A stretch of DNA of 64,000 bases. It comes from Leucoraja erinacea. Taxonomy: Eukaryota. The notes under the pieces were generated by a model. It saw only the letters and a list, made by a program, of their open reading frames with translations. It had not been told where the DNA came from and ran no database searches. The stretch is taken from the NCBI RefSeq assembly GCF_028641065.1, contig NC_073393.1, forward strand, positions 1 to 64,000, written 5' to 3'. Numbering within the stretch: the first letter of the stretch is position 1; each line of letters starts with the position of its first letter. Shown here in pieces: positions 1 through 13,670 of this stretch. The position numbers and the translations under genes were made by a program.

Positions 1-1456
1 ACTATTGTTGGTATTTGCGCTCCCTCCTAACTGCAAGCGGCTCGTGCTATTCGTCTGTCTTTTTATTCTTTTTACTTTGTTCAAATGTATTCTTGCGTCA
101 GTTTTTAGGCCAACTTCGGAGCGGGAAGAGATGTGGTGGCGCGCGGCTGCGACCCGACTTTTGTAGTTCGGAGGCACCGGCCGCAGACCCGGTGGACGGG
201 AACATCGGGAGCTCGCAGGTCCCCGGTGGGAGACCGCTTTTCTGAGCTCCCCAACGGCGACTTCTCCCGCTGGAACCGTGGGTTTAAGGACATGGAGCCG
301 GGGCCTAACATCGCCCGGCGTGGCTTAAACGGCCTCAGGATTTACCATCGCCCGCCGGGGGCTTTAACATTGGAGTCCCAGTTCGCCTCGACACTGCAGT
401 TGGACTGCTGGACCACGGGAGAAGGAACAAAGGGAAGAGATAAAGACTTTCCCTTCCATCACAGTGAGGAGATGTTGGCGACTCACTGTGATGGATGTTT
501 ATGTAAACTGTGTTAAGTGTGGGTCTTGGATTGTTTTGGAATGTAAAAAAACTGTAGAAATGATATTTCGTTCCAACCTAGGTTTGCATTCTATTCTATT
601 CTATTCTATTCATGGCCAGTGGGGGGGGGGGGGGTGCTTTCTGGAGCGCTAGTATGGGTGTTATGGGCTGAAGGGACTGGTTTCCAGAGGGCTAGTATAA
701 TAATAATAATAATAGTAATAATACATTTTATTTATGGGCACCTTTCAAGAGTCTCAAGGACACCGTACAAAAATTTAGCAGGTAGAGGAAAAACATGTAA
801 GGGGAATGAAATAAATAGTAGACATGACTAGTACACAAAGTAAAGACAGTATGGACATTGTGGGCCGAATGGATTCTTTTGCTGGCAGCACTCAAGCCTG
901 TTGTGCTTGCAGCTCACTCACTCACGGCTCATGGACTGGCAGTTGACTCACGGCTATTCCTTGAAATTTCAAGCAGGGTGCAAGTCCACCAAATTCAAGT
1001 GCAGTTTCATACCATTTCAAGCAGGATGCAAGGCCAATAAAGACAGCGAGTTGTGATCTCTCCCTCCTCCATCTTGCAGAGACTGAGCCACGCCCACACT
1101 TCTGGGTTTTATAGTCCCCCACCCCCCTCTGACCAGAAGGGTCATGGCCTTCATGGCGTGATTGACAGGAGAGAGAGAATCTCAACATTTTTAAAAAACT
1201 AATAACTCTTTTATTTTTCATCGATGGGAAAAATCCTCGACACCTGATGAGCGGAGGGGGACTCCGAGTAAAATGGCCAAAAATCACAGCCGTAAGTGGC
1301 AGCGTTTTTTCTAAAATCAATATACAGAACAATAAGAAGTGGTAAAGATCAGACTTTTAGTAATATAGATATATGGTATATGAACACACTGATCTGTATT
1401 TATGCCTACAATATTCTGTTGTGCTGCAGCAAGCAAGAATTTAATTGTCCTATCTG

Positions 1457-3569
1457 TAGCGTTGCTACTAAACCTACTATCAGCGGCGCTACAAATCTGC
1501 CACTCCCTGCGCGTACGATTCCGGAGGCTTTGTGGAGGGGGCGGGGTTAAAATGCAGGTTTGCATTGGTTGTCGGAGAGGGATGTCCTTGGGCTGCGAGC
1601 TGGTGAATAAAAATCATTCACTCTACCGTTCCCGTTTTAAAAAAAAACAATTTGCTGGACGATTCGCTGGATTAAACGCGATTAAAAAGGTCTTCAACAT
1701 CACGGATTACAATATCAGGACAAAACAAAAGGTATGTCATTTATTTATCATATTATCTTGCTTTTTGGTGTGGCTTCATTTTAATCTTATGATGCGAAAA
1801 TGTTATTTAGGCCCCCCTACAAATCGTGTCTTGCCTGCCGATATGGGCTTAAAATATATGGCAACAGCAACATTCCAATCGATCACATTCCAGAAACATC
1901 CACTCTCAAGATAATCAAATTCATTATTTTTTAGTCAGATGTATTGTGCAAAAAATAATCATTTTGATTATCTTGAGAGTGGATGTTTCTGGATTAATTC
2001 ATGGGAATTAAACATTAAATTCCTTCCATTTGGCATATAAATTCATGACAAAGTGAGATTTTAAAATCATGTTATATTGTGAATTCTTGTGTGAATGGGA
2101 TCAGTTTGTTATTTGTTATTTGGATACTTAGGCTATTTAAAAATGTTAGCCTTTTCTTAAGAACAATAATTGATAGATGTTTAGATCTAGTAATTTAATT
2201 TAGATGAAACTGATGAATATGATTTTTTTGTTGGGTATTTACTATTTGTTATAGCGTTTAACTTTATCATTTCTACCTTTTTTTCTAAAACTGCAAATTA
2301 TAACTTGTTTCTGTAAATGCTGTTCAGTGGGTTTTTTCCTTTACATTTTAAACAGATGTCTCCGAAGAAGAAATGCAAAATTGTCAATCCAAACGCCCAG
2401 CAAAAGAGACTGATTTAGACAGCATTCGCAGAGATTATCCGGATTTGGACTACTCCAAATGTGATGATCTACAGGACATTCTTAATGGGAAAGTAGTGGG
2501 CAGAAAGGCATGTCATGCGTGGTTGGAAGAGCAAAATCTTGTAGTTTCCAATGCGAAAATTGAAAAGTTGAGGAAAAAATAGGTGTACAGAGTTGCTTAT
2601 TGGTTACAATCTGAGGAGTATGATGATGCCACTGATTATGATATTCCAATGTACCAGCTAGCAACTGATCTTCTCCATAAAGACTTGGTCTTTTGCTAGA
2701 AAATGTAATTTCTTTACCTGTCTGTTACAGACTTACAGCATATAATACAATAATATTAAAGTTCTGATCTTGAGAATATCACATTTTTGAATTTTCAAGG
2801 CAGTCTGGGAATTTATTACTATTTCCGTCACAACGGTTAATTTTGTAATTAGCTACAATTAGGTAACTAACTAATAATATGCTTTAATTTCAGGTCATCC
2901 AAGTAAGATGTTTCATATTTGTTTCAGAATGCTTCAATCTATAATAACTGAATATTTCATTCAGTTCTCCTAATTTTTAAGAAAGTTATGGGCTTTTGAC
3001 TGTCCTCGATCATAGCTTTTGTGTTAAGTCAATGGAAAATCAATAGGGAACAAGATGCTAATTTCCGAGTATGAAAATGGCCATAACTTTTTTAATACTG
3101 AAGATATGAAAGTGAATTAGGTATCAATTTTTAATTTTTTTTAAATTTATTTTTATTAGGAGCAATTGTACAGAAAGAGAATGATCGCCATAACAGTTAT
3201 ACTATTTTCGTACTGCTTCAGCTTTAACGTTTTATGAACTAATAACTAGATCGGGAAAAAAGGGAACGAAAGAAGAAAAGAGAAAGAAAAGAAAGAATTT
3301 CAAGAAAAACACGAAAAAGAAAAAAGGAAAACCCCAGAACTAACGAAGAAGTGAAAGAAGCGGAGATATATCCCACTGCCCTTCCATACGCTCGCTCACC
3401 CAACCCAAGCGTCGGTTTTGAGTTTGTGTTCAACCATTGTGTTGTTGAAGAAATTCAATAAAAGGAGACTAATTAGGTATCAAATTAAAGTTATTTTTAT
3501 GCTTTTATCTGATGGGATAAATTACAGGCTTGATTTTAAAAATCTCCAAATTTTGTAACATTCCTACTA
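1457..3569. mobile_element. Non-autonomous DNA transposon with TAG...CTA ends (Academ-like) inserted in a Rex1 tail
   Basis: TCTG duplicated at 1453-1456 and 3570-3573, splitting the Rex1 tail ..ATTGTCCTATCTG|GGACACGTGACAATAAA; TAG/CTA termini. Superfamily assignment is inference. Confidence 0.6.
3128..3470 (-). mobile_element. L1 3'-end fragment nested in the Academ-like element
   Basis: T-rich tail; TSD AATTAGGTATCAA on both sides; resembles the 3' end of the L1 at 40800-41200. Confidence 0.7.
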
Positions 3570-3614
3570 TCTGGGACACGTGACAATAAACTTTCTTGAC
3601 TTGAAACATATCAA

Positions 3615-5300
3615 TATGTATGGCGATAATCGGGTTAAAAGAAGAAATTACTAATCGTATAGACAAAAAAAGTCTGCAGTGGGAGTATTTATAGATCTAA
3701 AAAAGCTTTTGTTACCATTGATCACAATACATTACATGATAAATTGGAAAGGTACAGTATCTATCAGTTGAATTGGTTGAGAAACTATTTAAGTATCAGG
3801 CAACAGTTTGTGAAGATAGGCGAGCATAAATCAACATGCTTGGATATTCCTTGCGGAGAACCTCAGTGGTCAGTATTACGACCAAAATTGTTCATTCTGT
3901 ATATAAATTATATATGTAGAGTATCAAAAATATTTAAATTTGTTTCATTTGCGAACAATATTAATATCTTTTGAGCTGGGGAGAATTTACAGCAGGTTTT
4001 GGAGGAGATCACATCAGAAATTAGAAAATTAAAAAGGTGGTTTGACATAAGCAAATTATCATTAAATTTGAACTAAACAAAGATTGTGTTGTTTGGATAT
4101 TTTAAAATAAACACACAGGTCCAAGCGAGGGCAGATGGTGTTGATATAGAAAGACTATATATGAAAATATATTTCTAGGTGTGATATTAAACCACAAAAT
4201 CTGCTGGAAATCTCATATAAAACATGCGAGCAAAGCTGTCAAGGAGCATTGCAGTCTTGGGAAGAACAAGGAACATTCTGAATCACAAAGCAATGTTCGC
4301 TTGTACTGCCATTTCCAAATTGCTGTGTGGAGTATCGGGGTAACACTTACACAAGCGCCCTATTGTGCAGACTGCCACAATGGGCCATAAGGATAGTTAA
4401 TAATGTTTAAGAAGGAACTGCAGATGCTGGAAAAATCGAAGGTAGACAATAATGCTGGAGAAACTCAGCGGGCGAGGCAGCATCTATGGAACACAGGAAT
4501 AGGTGATGTTTCGGGTGGAAACCCTTCTTCAGACTGATGAAGGAATAGGTGACGTTTCGGGTCGAGATCCGAAACATCACCTATTCCTTTGCTCCATAGA
4601 TGCTGCCTCACCTGCTGAGTTTCTCCAGCATTCATGAACTCACCAACTCTCCGATTTTAAAGTCAAATGCCTTTAAGTTTATGGATCTAGTAGAATTTAA
4701 TGTATAGCACAAATAATGTATAAAGCAAGAAATAGTTTACGACCAGGTAATATACATACAATGTTCTTTACCAGGGAGGGTGGTTATAATTTGAGAAGAA
4801 AGTTTAATTTAAAGAAACTTTGTGTTTGCACAACTATGAAATGTTTGTGTATTTCAAGCTGTGGGGTAGAGTTGTGGAATGATTTGGATGTGGAACTCAA
4901 GCAAAGCACAGACATTACTCAGTTTAAGAAGAAGTGCAAAAAAAATATTTTCCAGAGATTTAAGAATGAGGAAGGGCCGTGATGACAGATAAGTTTAGTT
5001 TCTCAACACAGTGGGATATTCGCCTTGTACATAGAATTTAGATAATTGTTTATTAACTGTACGCGTGTATGTATGGGTGCGTGTATATGTGTATGTATGT
5101 GGCTTATGTATGGATACATGTATGTATATGTTTGTGTATTTATATATATATATGTAGATGAGCTAAAGTTTGTGAATTAATTGAGGAGTAGCGGAGAAGC
5201 GGTTGGAATAAATAAGTATACTTCCTCCTACTCCTTTTCAAACATAAGAATTAATTTGTGATGTTTATGAGAATGTAATGAGTTGTGTCTAGATTTATTG
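3615..5300 (+). mobile_element. Decayed CR1-group (L2/Crack-like) LINE RT region, interrupted by a fold-back repeat at about 4405-4632
   Basis: GVFIDLKKAF.TIDH, G.PQ.SVL.PKLFILYIN, FLGVILNHKICWKSHI with stops and frameshifts. Confidence 0.75.
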
Positions 5301-5350
5301 TTCATTTCATTGATTTTTTGCCTTGTTTTTAACTTTGTGTTTTACATGTG

Positions 5351-5494
5351 NNNNNNNNNNNNNNNNNNNNNNNNNNNNNNNNNNNNNNNNNNNNNNNNNN
5401 NNNNNNNNNNNNNNNNNNNNNNNNNNNNNNNNNNNNNNNNNNNNNNNNNNNNNNNNNNNNNNNNNNNNNNNNNNNNNNNNNNNNNNNNNNNNNN
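5351..5494. other. Assembly gap (144 N)
   Basis: Run of N. Confidence 1.
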
Positions 5495-5920
5495 ACAAGT
5501 TAGGGCTTTATTCTTTGGAGCGCAGAAGGTTAAGGGGGGACTTGATATAGGTTTTTTAAATGATGAGAGGGATAGACAGAGTTGACGTGGAAAAGCTTTT
5601 CCCACTGAGAGTAGGGAAGATTCAAACAAGGGGACATGACTTGAGAATTGAGGGACAGAAGTTTAGGGGTAACATGAGGGGGAACTTCTTTACTCAAAGA
5701 GTGGTGGCTGTGTGGAATGAGCTTCCAGTGAAGGTGGTGGGGGCAGGTTCGTTTTTATCATTTAAAAATAAATTGGATAGTTATATGGACGGGATGGGAA
5801 TGGAAGGTTATGCTCTGAGCGCAGGTATATGGGACTAGGGGAGAATATTGTTCGGCACGGACTAGAAGGGTCGAGATGGCCTGGTTCCGTGCTGTAATTG
5901 TTATATGGTTATATGGTTAC
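5495..5920 (+). mobile_element. CR1 3' end, closely related to the 32030-36500 element
   Basis: LGLYSLERRRLRGDLI..FFTQRVV..WN; TTATATGG tail. Confidence 0.9.
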
Positions 5921-7152
5921 AATTACTACCTTTCACACAATCAAATATTCCAGGCAATGCCCATGTCCCAGTGTGTCCGAGATGACCACCTTGTCTAAAC
6001 ATTAGTGGCATCATCACTGCCAACACTTCCTACATCGGAACAGAACACTCAGTGGCTATCTAACTGGATCAGTCACAAAGAAACTGTGGTCACAAGAGCC
6101 GAGTCAAGTATTCTTGAAACTGGTCATCTCCTGACTCCTCACCTCCTTCCCACCATCGATAAAGCAGAAGTTGAGGCGGTGATGAAATCTTCAACAGTTG
6201 ATCGCAACTCTAAAAAAACACTCGTTATATCAGCAGCTCATCATCTACCACTTGCAATGTTCATCCCAATACAACATCACCTCCAAATAGGCTCCAAACT
6301 ATATTCACTTGTGGGCATGGCATTACTTTTGACTTTGCAATGTTATTGTCTATGTTTATGTAATTTATGTTAGGTTATCCAGAGTACTATATATATATAT
6401 CCCAATGTGCACAAACAAGATCAAATAGAACAAGTTGGCGTACAACTTTAGGCTATGCATGCCATACACAAGAAGAAGATCTATATCTCCAGAGATGCTG
6501 CCTGTCCTCCTGAGTTACTCCAGCATTTTGATCTATCTTCAGAATCTAGTGTACCGTCTCCTTCCACCAGCTTCAGTGAGATGTCTGGTTGGTGAGGTAT
6601 TACATTCCCAGTAACTACAAAGCATAGTTTTAAATTATCACTCCAAGTACCATCTTTATCAAGTTTCGCCACATTAATTAAAAGATTATTAACAAGCCTT
6701 TTAAAAATAGAACCAGTTCTCCTAGAGTTTCCTGAACGCTTCAGCAGATCTTTCCCTTCTTGTGAACCCAGTCCATTTCCAATTCATTAACGATCAACAA
6801 ATATAAAGGCAAGAGAAGGCAACTGACCAATTAAAATAAATACAATTAATCCAGAAGCTGATATATTGGGGTGGTTATTGATCCTGGATGATGGGGCTAT
6901 GATCGACAATATTGCATTGGCCACCAGTTCAATACTTAACTTATTGTTCAGTTCCATTTAAATCAACGGTGCTGAATATTGGACTTGGAGCCACACACGC
7001 CACCAAATGACCCCAATATTGAAAACAGCAGAAGTACCCAAAATTGCAGCAGAATAATCGAGCTAGCATTCTCTACGGATCCTTGATTCAGTCGGCAACA
7101 CACTATGTACCTATCCACGCAATGCAATCCATATTTGAAGTACAAGTTGGTC

Positions 7153-7418
7153 TCAGTCCTGATATTGTACCTCTGCATTGAGTTGATTCATGAAGAAACT
7201 ACAGATTGCTGCCAGGACCTGCTGCTTCAGGACAGCGTTTCCCATCACTAACGATGTCAGCTGGACAACATCGGTCCAGTCCAGGTGCTGGATAATGTTG
7301 TTCACGTCATTAGAAAGCATCAGCTGTTGGTTTGGTGGCAGCTCCATCAGGATCTGCGGCACTGGTTTAAATTGTCCGCTGGTCATCCACGCCCCCAACA
7401 GACCACCGAACGCACCCC
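7153..7418 (-). CDS. C19orf12: C19orf12 last coding exon
   Basis: Acceptor TTTCCCCAG; TGA at 7155-7153. Confidence 0.94.
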
Positions 7419-9291
7419 CTGGGGAAAGCAAAGGCGAGGGAAGAGCATTTAGTTTCTATCTTTACAATGAATAATTTGGAGGCAGGGTAGCAGGGTGGCG
7501 CAGCGGTAGAGTTGCTGCCTCACAGCACCAGAGACCCGGGTTCGATCCTGACTATGGGTGCTGTCTGTACGGAGTTTGTACGTTCTCCCCGTGACTTGCG
7601 TGGGTTTTCTCCAGATGCTCTGGTTTCTTCCCACACTCCAAAGATGTGCAGGTTTGTAGGTTAATCGGCTTGGTATCATTGTAAATTGTCCCCAGTGTGT
7701 GTAGGATAGTGTTAGTGTGCGGGGATCACTGGTCAGCACGGACTCGGTGGGCCGAAGGGACTGTTTGACATTTGTCTACGGTCTTCTAAATTCTCCAGTC
7801 TTTTACCCAGAGTTGGGGAAGCATGAACCAGAGGGGATCGGTTTAAGATGAGAGGTGGAAGATTTAATATGAACCTGAAGAGCAAATGTTTCCTCACAAA
7901 GGGCGGTGGCTGTATGGAACGAGCTGCCAGGGGAGGTAGTTGGGGCAGGGACTAGAACAATATGTATAAGACACTTGGACAGCTACATGGTTAGGAAAGG
8001 TTTAGAGGGATATGGGCCAAAAGCGGGTAGATGGGACTAGCGTAGATGGGGCATCTTGGCCAGTGTGGATGAGTTGGGCAGAAGGGCCTGTTTCCGTGCT
8101 GGATAACTCTATGACTCTGTTCCAGCAGTCCAAGGTCCCTTGACCAAAGATCCATTGTCAAGTCAGCCAGGGAAGTGACATAGCAGGTATCTCATGATTA
8201 GCTGGTGTACACACGAGAACTTACTAACACAATTAGGTCGTCAACAGGAGGAGGTGAATGGGCCCAGTAATGTCTCTTTCCACAAGCTGCCCAACTACTG
8301 TGGTGACACAAAATACATCTGGAATCTGGAGCAAAAACAAGCCGCTGGTGTAACTCAGCTTCTGTGGAGCGAAGAAAATAGGCAACGTTTCGAGTTGAGA
8401 CGGTTCTTCACTCTGAAGAAGGGTCTCGACCCGAAACTTTGCCTATTTCCTTCGCTCCATAGATGCTGCCTCACCCGCTGAGTTTCTCCAGCATTTTTGT
8501 CTACCTTCGATTTTCCAGCCTCTGCAGTTCCTTTTTAAACAGCTGGTGAAACTCAGTGGGTCAGGCAGCATCTGTGGAGCGAAAGGCATGGTCAATGTTT
8601 TGGGTCCAGACTCTGGAGTTCTAGGATTTAAATCCATTGACGATGGAAGATCAATAGTATTCGTACCAATAAGGATAGTGTGTAATTATAGAGTATAGAA
8701 CAAAATCTGGAGTAACTCAGCGGGTCAGGCAGCGTCTCTGGAGAAAGAGAATAGGTGACGTTTTGAGTAGAGACCCTTCTTCAAACTATGAGTCAAGGGA
8801 AAGGGAAACGAGAGATATGAAAGGTACATGAAACGAATGAATGAGAGATATGCAAAAGGTCAAATCAAAGGTAGCAAGGAAGGTCAAGGAAAGGTGGAGC
8901 CCACAATGGTTCATTGTTGGCTGTGTGGAAGGTGATAACGAGTTATGCAGAGTGTGAAATTCAGCAGGACGAGAGTGAAACCAGACTAGAACCTGTGGAG
9001 GACGTGGAGAGGTGATGTTTGTGTGAGGAGTGAGATAACATAGAACCAGTGTGAACGGGCGATTGTTGGTCGGCATGGACTCGCTGGGCCGAAGGGCCCA
9101 TTTCCATGCTGTATCTCCAGACTAAACTTACCGACTGCGATCCCGGGCGGGCCTCCCACCAGGCCACCGGCAAAGGCGATGGCTCCGGCTAACAGCGCTC
9201 CTCTGGCAGAGTTCTTAATGGCTACGTGCATCTTCTCCACCTCAGAGATGTGCTGCACCAAGTGCATCATCCCCTGAATGTCCACCGGCAT
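7153..9291 (-). CDS. C19orf12: C19orf12 homolog (MPAN/NBIA4 protein), 141 aa, two coding exons 9291-9132 and 7418-7153
   Basis: Spliced translation [54 protein letters not shown]|[28 protein letters not shown]...[16 protein letters not shown]...EVQYQD*. Contains the glycine-zipper and [12 protein letters not shown] motifs; GT-AG intron in phase 1; 160+266 nt = 142 codons; lies next to CCNE1 as in other vertebrates. Confidence 0.96.
7488..7765 (+). mobile_element. tRNA-derived HE1-like SINE; other copies at about 17030-17200(-), 17805-18075(+), 18190-18440(+), 24240-24505(-), 24820-25045(-)
   Basis: Pol III A box GGTGGCGCAGCGG and B box GGTTCGATCC followed by the shared SINE body. Confidence 0.85.
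9132..9291 (-). CDS. C19orf12: C19orf12 coding exon 1
   Basis: Acceptor CCCTGCAG before 9300, ATG at 9291, donor G|GTAAGT after 9132. Confidence 0.93.
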
Positions 9292-10082
9292 CTCGCCCAA
9301 CTGCAGGGTAGACAAACCCAACATTACTGTTCACCCGCTACAACTGCTCATCACAACACCAACATAGCCTTGGAATGGCAAATCATTTATAGACCACTCC
9401 AACCTCCAATCCTACCACCGAGGCTAGTGGTGAATATTTTGTGACAATGAATTATTTTCAATAAAACTACCGGTAGATGGGGTGGGAGATTACAACCTTC
9501 ACCGTTTCGACTAATGTAATCAACCCGACGTGCACAAACAAAAGATGGAATTCTCTGCCTCAGAGGGCGGTGGAGGCCGGTTCTCTGGACACTTTCAAGA
9601 GAGAGCTAGATAGGGCTCTTAAAGATAGCGGAGTCAGGGGATATGGAGAGAAGGCAGGAACGGGGTACTGATTGTGGATGATCAGCCATGATCACATTGA
9701 ATGGTGGTGCTGGCTCGAAGGGCCGAATGGCCTACTCCTGCACCTATTGTCTATCAAGTAGAACAAGTTGACCTACAACTTTAGGCTGTGCACGCCATAC
9801 GCAAGAAGAATAGAACTAGATGTTTTAGATTCAAATTGCTACCAAGCAGAGTTTATATTAAAGAGTTAGAGGATATTAGCGGTACAGAGGTCCCAGGCAG
9901 GGCATTCCCGGCATCCGCCACTCTGTAAATAAGCTTGCTCCACACATCTCAAATCTTTCTTTCAGTTGTTCTATGTACCCTTTCAAATCTCTCCTTTCCT
10001 TCTTTTTATTCTGGTGTTTGATTTTCACATGTTTAAATTATAATGTTTTATTTTTAATTGTCTACAATGTTTTGTGTTTTTA

Positions 10083-10563
10083 CATAGAAACATAGAAAAT
10101 AGGTGCAGGAGTGGGCCATTCGGCCCTTCGAGCCTACACCACCATTCGATATGATCATGGCTGATCATCCAACTCAGTATCCTGTACCTGCCTTCTCTCC
10201 ATACCCTCTGATCCCTTTAGCCATAAGGGCCACATCTAACTCCCTCTTAAATATAGCCAATGAACTGGCCTCAACTACCTTCTGTGGCAGAGAATTCCAC
10301 AGATTCACCACTATCTGTGTAAAAAATGATTTTCTCATCTCGGTCCTAAAAGACTTCCCTCTTATCCTTAAACTGTGACCCCTAGTTCTAGACTTCCCCA
10401 ACATCGGGAATAATCTTCCTGCATCTAGCCTGTCCAACACCTTAAGAATTTTGTAAGTTTCTATAAGATCCCCCCTCAATCTTCTGAATTCTAGCGAGTA
10501 CAAGCCGAGTCTATCCAGTCTTTCTTCATATGAAAGTCCTGACATCCCAGGAATCAGTCTGGT
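10083..10563 (-). mobile_element. CR1 3' fragment
   Basis: LSYEERLDRLGLYSLEFRRLRGDLIETYK..GYGEKAGTGY; (TTTCTATG)n tail. Confidence 0.9.
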
Positions 10564-11419
10564 ACTTACCATGTATGTCATGTTTTTACTATATATGTCA
10601 TGTTTTTAATTGTTCTGACTGTAGTGTACCTTTAAAATGGAAATATTATGAGTACAATAAAGGTCTGTCAATAGAAAATAGGTGCAGGAGTAGGCCATTT
10701 AACCCTTCGAGCCAGCACCGCCATTCAATGTGATCATGATTAGATAGTCTTTATTGTCATTCAGACCAAAGTCTGAACGAAATTGCAGCAGTCATACATA
10801 TAATACAATAAAACAACAATAAACACATATTAACATCCACCACAGTGAGTCCACCCAGCATCTCCTCACTGTGATGGAGGCAAAAGTCTTAGGTCTGCAG
10901 TCTCTTCCCTCCTCTTCTCCCTCTGCGCTGGGGCGATACCGCTCGGGCGATGTTATAACAGTCCCGCGGCTCAAACACCGCGGCCCGGGGTGGTTGAAGC
11001 TTCCGCCCACCAGTCCTGCAGACGCAGCCGCTGGCCCGCGGCCGAACCCCGGACTCAGGCCACCGCCACCAGAACACCGTCCCAGCCACCCTCATGTGAG
11101 TACCGTACCGTCTTCAGCCTCGGGCTGGGCCGCCCCGACATGGGTGATCATCCCCAATCAGTACCCTGTTCCTGCCTTCTCCCCATATCCCCTGACTCTG
11201 CTATTTCTAGGAGCCCTATCTAGCTCTCTCTTGAAAGCATCCAGAGAATCTGCCTCCACCGCCCTCTGAGGCAGAGAATTCCACAAACTCACAACTCTCT
11301 GTGAGAAAAAGTGTTTCCTTGTCTCCGTTCTAAATGGCTTACTCCTTATTCTTAAACCGTGGCCCCTGGTTCCGGACTCCCCCAACATCGGGAACATGTT
11401 TCCTGCCTCTAGCGTGTAC

Positions 11420-11619
11420 AAGCCCAGCCGCTCCACTTTCACGACCTGTTTCACTCGTGGACGTTTTTCATCACATTCATGATGCCACAAGAACCCACGA
11501 CTAGCATCAAGGCCTGCTACGACCTACCCACGACCTTATAACGACCATGCTGCAAGTATGAGTCAAGGGCAAACTCGGCAGAGGTCGTGAATTAGGTGGT
11601 GAAAGTGGAACAGGCCCTT
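11420..11619. mobile_element. Harbinger-like MITE remnant
   Basis: Inverted ends CCACTTTCACGACCT / AGGTGGTGAAAGTGG, right end ..ACAGGCCCTT. Confidence 0.5.
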
Positions 11620-12509
11620 AAACATGCACTTTGCCCTCGATATTACTGACAATGACCAGGCTTTTAGACACAAAATGCTGGAGTAACTCAACAGGCCAGG
11701 CAGCATCTCTGGAGAGAAGGAGTTTTGGAGGGGGGAGATTAGAGTAGGTATGGGGAGTGGGAAAAGTTGAGACGGTTGATGTTCACAGGGGGAAGAGTTA
11801 ACTTTTATTGACGTAATCTCAGACAACGACGACAAGGCCTACCGGGAGGAGGTGGCTGATCTAGCACTCTGATGCCAGGAGAACGTTTTTCCTTCCATTA
11901 TTTATTATGTAAAAGAATATGTGTGTTATGATTGTGTTTATAATTTGTTTGGTTGTTTGGTTGTTTGTCTTTTGCACAAAAGTCCGCAAGCATTGCCACT
12001 TTCATTTCACTGCACATCTCGTATGTGTATGTGGCAAATAAACTTGACTTGACTTGAAATTTCATTTCCATTATCTATTTCCCAGAATGTGGTTACACCC
12101 ATTCATAATGAGGCGCCTTGCACATGTTCCCCATGTTGGGGGAGTCCAGAACCAGGGGTCACAGTTTAAAGCGATAGGCCATTTAGGACTGAGAAGAGGA
12201 AAAACATTTTCACCCAGAAAGTTGTGAATCGGTGGAATTCCCTGCCACAGAAGGCAGTGGAGGCTGATTCACTGGATGTTTTCAAGAGAGAGTTAGATTT
12301 AGCTCTTGGGGCTAAAGGAATCAAGGGATATGGGGAGAAAGCAGGAACGGGGTACTGATTCTGGATGATCAGCCATGATCGTATTGGATGGCGGTGCTCT
12401 ACTTCTGCACCTATTGTCTATGATCAGGGGGTGAGTGAGCGCCGCGGCGGGAACATTACCCGCGGTTCTGGGTCGCACCAGGTAATGTTCAGGTGCGGGC
12501 CTGACCTGG

Positions 12510-13425
12510 AGACCCCCCACACACTGGGACCCACACACACACTGGGACCCCCCCCCCACACACTGGGACCCACACTGGGACCCCCCCACACACACACTGG
12601 GACCCACACACACACTGGGACCCCCCCCACACACACTGGGACCCCCCCCACACACACACTGGGACCCCCACACACACTGGGACCCCCCACCACACACACC
12701 CCCCACACACACTGGGACCCCCACCCCACTGGGACCCCCCCACACACACTGGGACCCACACACACACACTGGGACCCCCCACACCACACTGGGACCCCCC
12801 CACCACACACTGGGACCCCCACACCCCACCTGCCCCCACCACACACTGGGACCCCCACACCACACTGGGACCCCCACACCACACACTGGGACCCCCCCCA
12901 CCACACACTGGGACCCACACACACACTGGGACCCCCACACACACTGGGACCCCCCCACCACACACTGGGACCCCCCCACACACTGGGACCCCCCACCACA
13001 CACTGGGACCCACACACACACACTGGGACCCACACACACACACTGGGACCCACACACACACTGGGACCCCCCACCACACACTGGACCCCCCCACCACCAC
13101 ACATGGGACCCCCCACACACACTGGGACCCCCCCCCACACACTGGGACCCCCCCACCACACATTGGGACCCCCCCCCACCCCCACACCCCCCCCCACACA
13201 CACCCCCCCCACCACACACTGGACCCCCCCCACCACACACTGGGAACCCCCACACACACTGGGACCCCCCCCACCACACATTGGGACCCCCCACCACACA
13301 TTGGGACCCCCCCCCACCCCCACACACACTGGGACCCCCACACTGGGACCCCCCACCACACATTGGGACCCACACACTGGAACCCACACACACTGGGACC
13401 CCCACCACACACTGGGACCCACACA
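12510..13425. repeat. Minisatellite (CACACACTGGGACCCC)n variants, about 900 bp
   Basis: Direct tandem repeats; explains the low-complexity ORFs in several frames. Confidence 0.97.
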
Positions 13426-13443
13426 CCGCACCAGACTCTGTAC

Positions 13444-13520
13444 CTTAAACTGACACAAACACCGGCAGTCTCTCTCTCTCTCTCTCACATCCACAGGCCG
13501 GGGTTCCGCCGTCTGCGCCA
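13444..13520 (-). promoter_or_regulatory. Candidate non-coding first exon / promoter of C19orf12
   Basis: CpG-containing patch ending in a donor-like AAG|GTACAG at 13444 on the - strand, upstream of the coding exon acceptor at 9300. Inferred, no transcript evidence. Confidence 0.45.
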
Positions 13521-13556
13521 AAGATCCTATAGCGGAGCTCTGCTATAGGATCTTTG
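13519..13556. mobile_element. P-superfamily-like fused-TIR footprint (19+19 nt)
   Basis: gtctgcgc-CAAAGATCCTATAGCGGAGCTCTGCTATAGGATCTTTG-gtctgcgc; perfect 8-bp TSD. Confidence 0.85.
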
Positions 13557-13581
13557 GTCTGCGCTCTCTGTACATACGCAC

Positions 13582-13603
13582 CAGAGATCCTATAAGATCT
13601 TTG
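13582..13603. mobile_element. Fused-TIR footprint, 22 bp
   Basis: atacgcac-CAGAGATCCTATAAGATCTTTG-atacacac; TSD 7/8. Confidence 0.75.
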
Positions 13604-13670
13604 ATACACACTATCCTCCTCCCCTTCCTTCTCTCTATCCCTCCCCTTCCCTCTCTCTCCCTCTCCCACC

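Noticed and set aside
7488-7560. tRNA-like sequence with A and B boxes
   Set aside because: Head of a multi-copy SINE, not a tRNA gene
12299-13521. Long G/V/C- or P/T/H-rich ORFs (311-375 aa) in several frames
   Set aside because: Produced by a stop-free minisatellite; open on both strands, no protein signature
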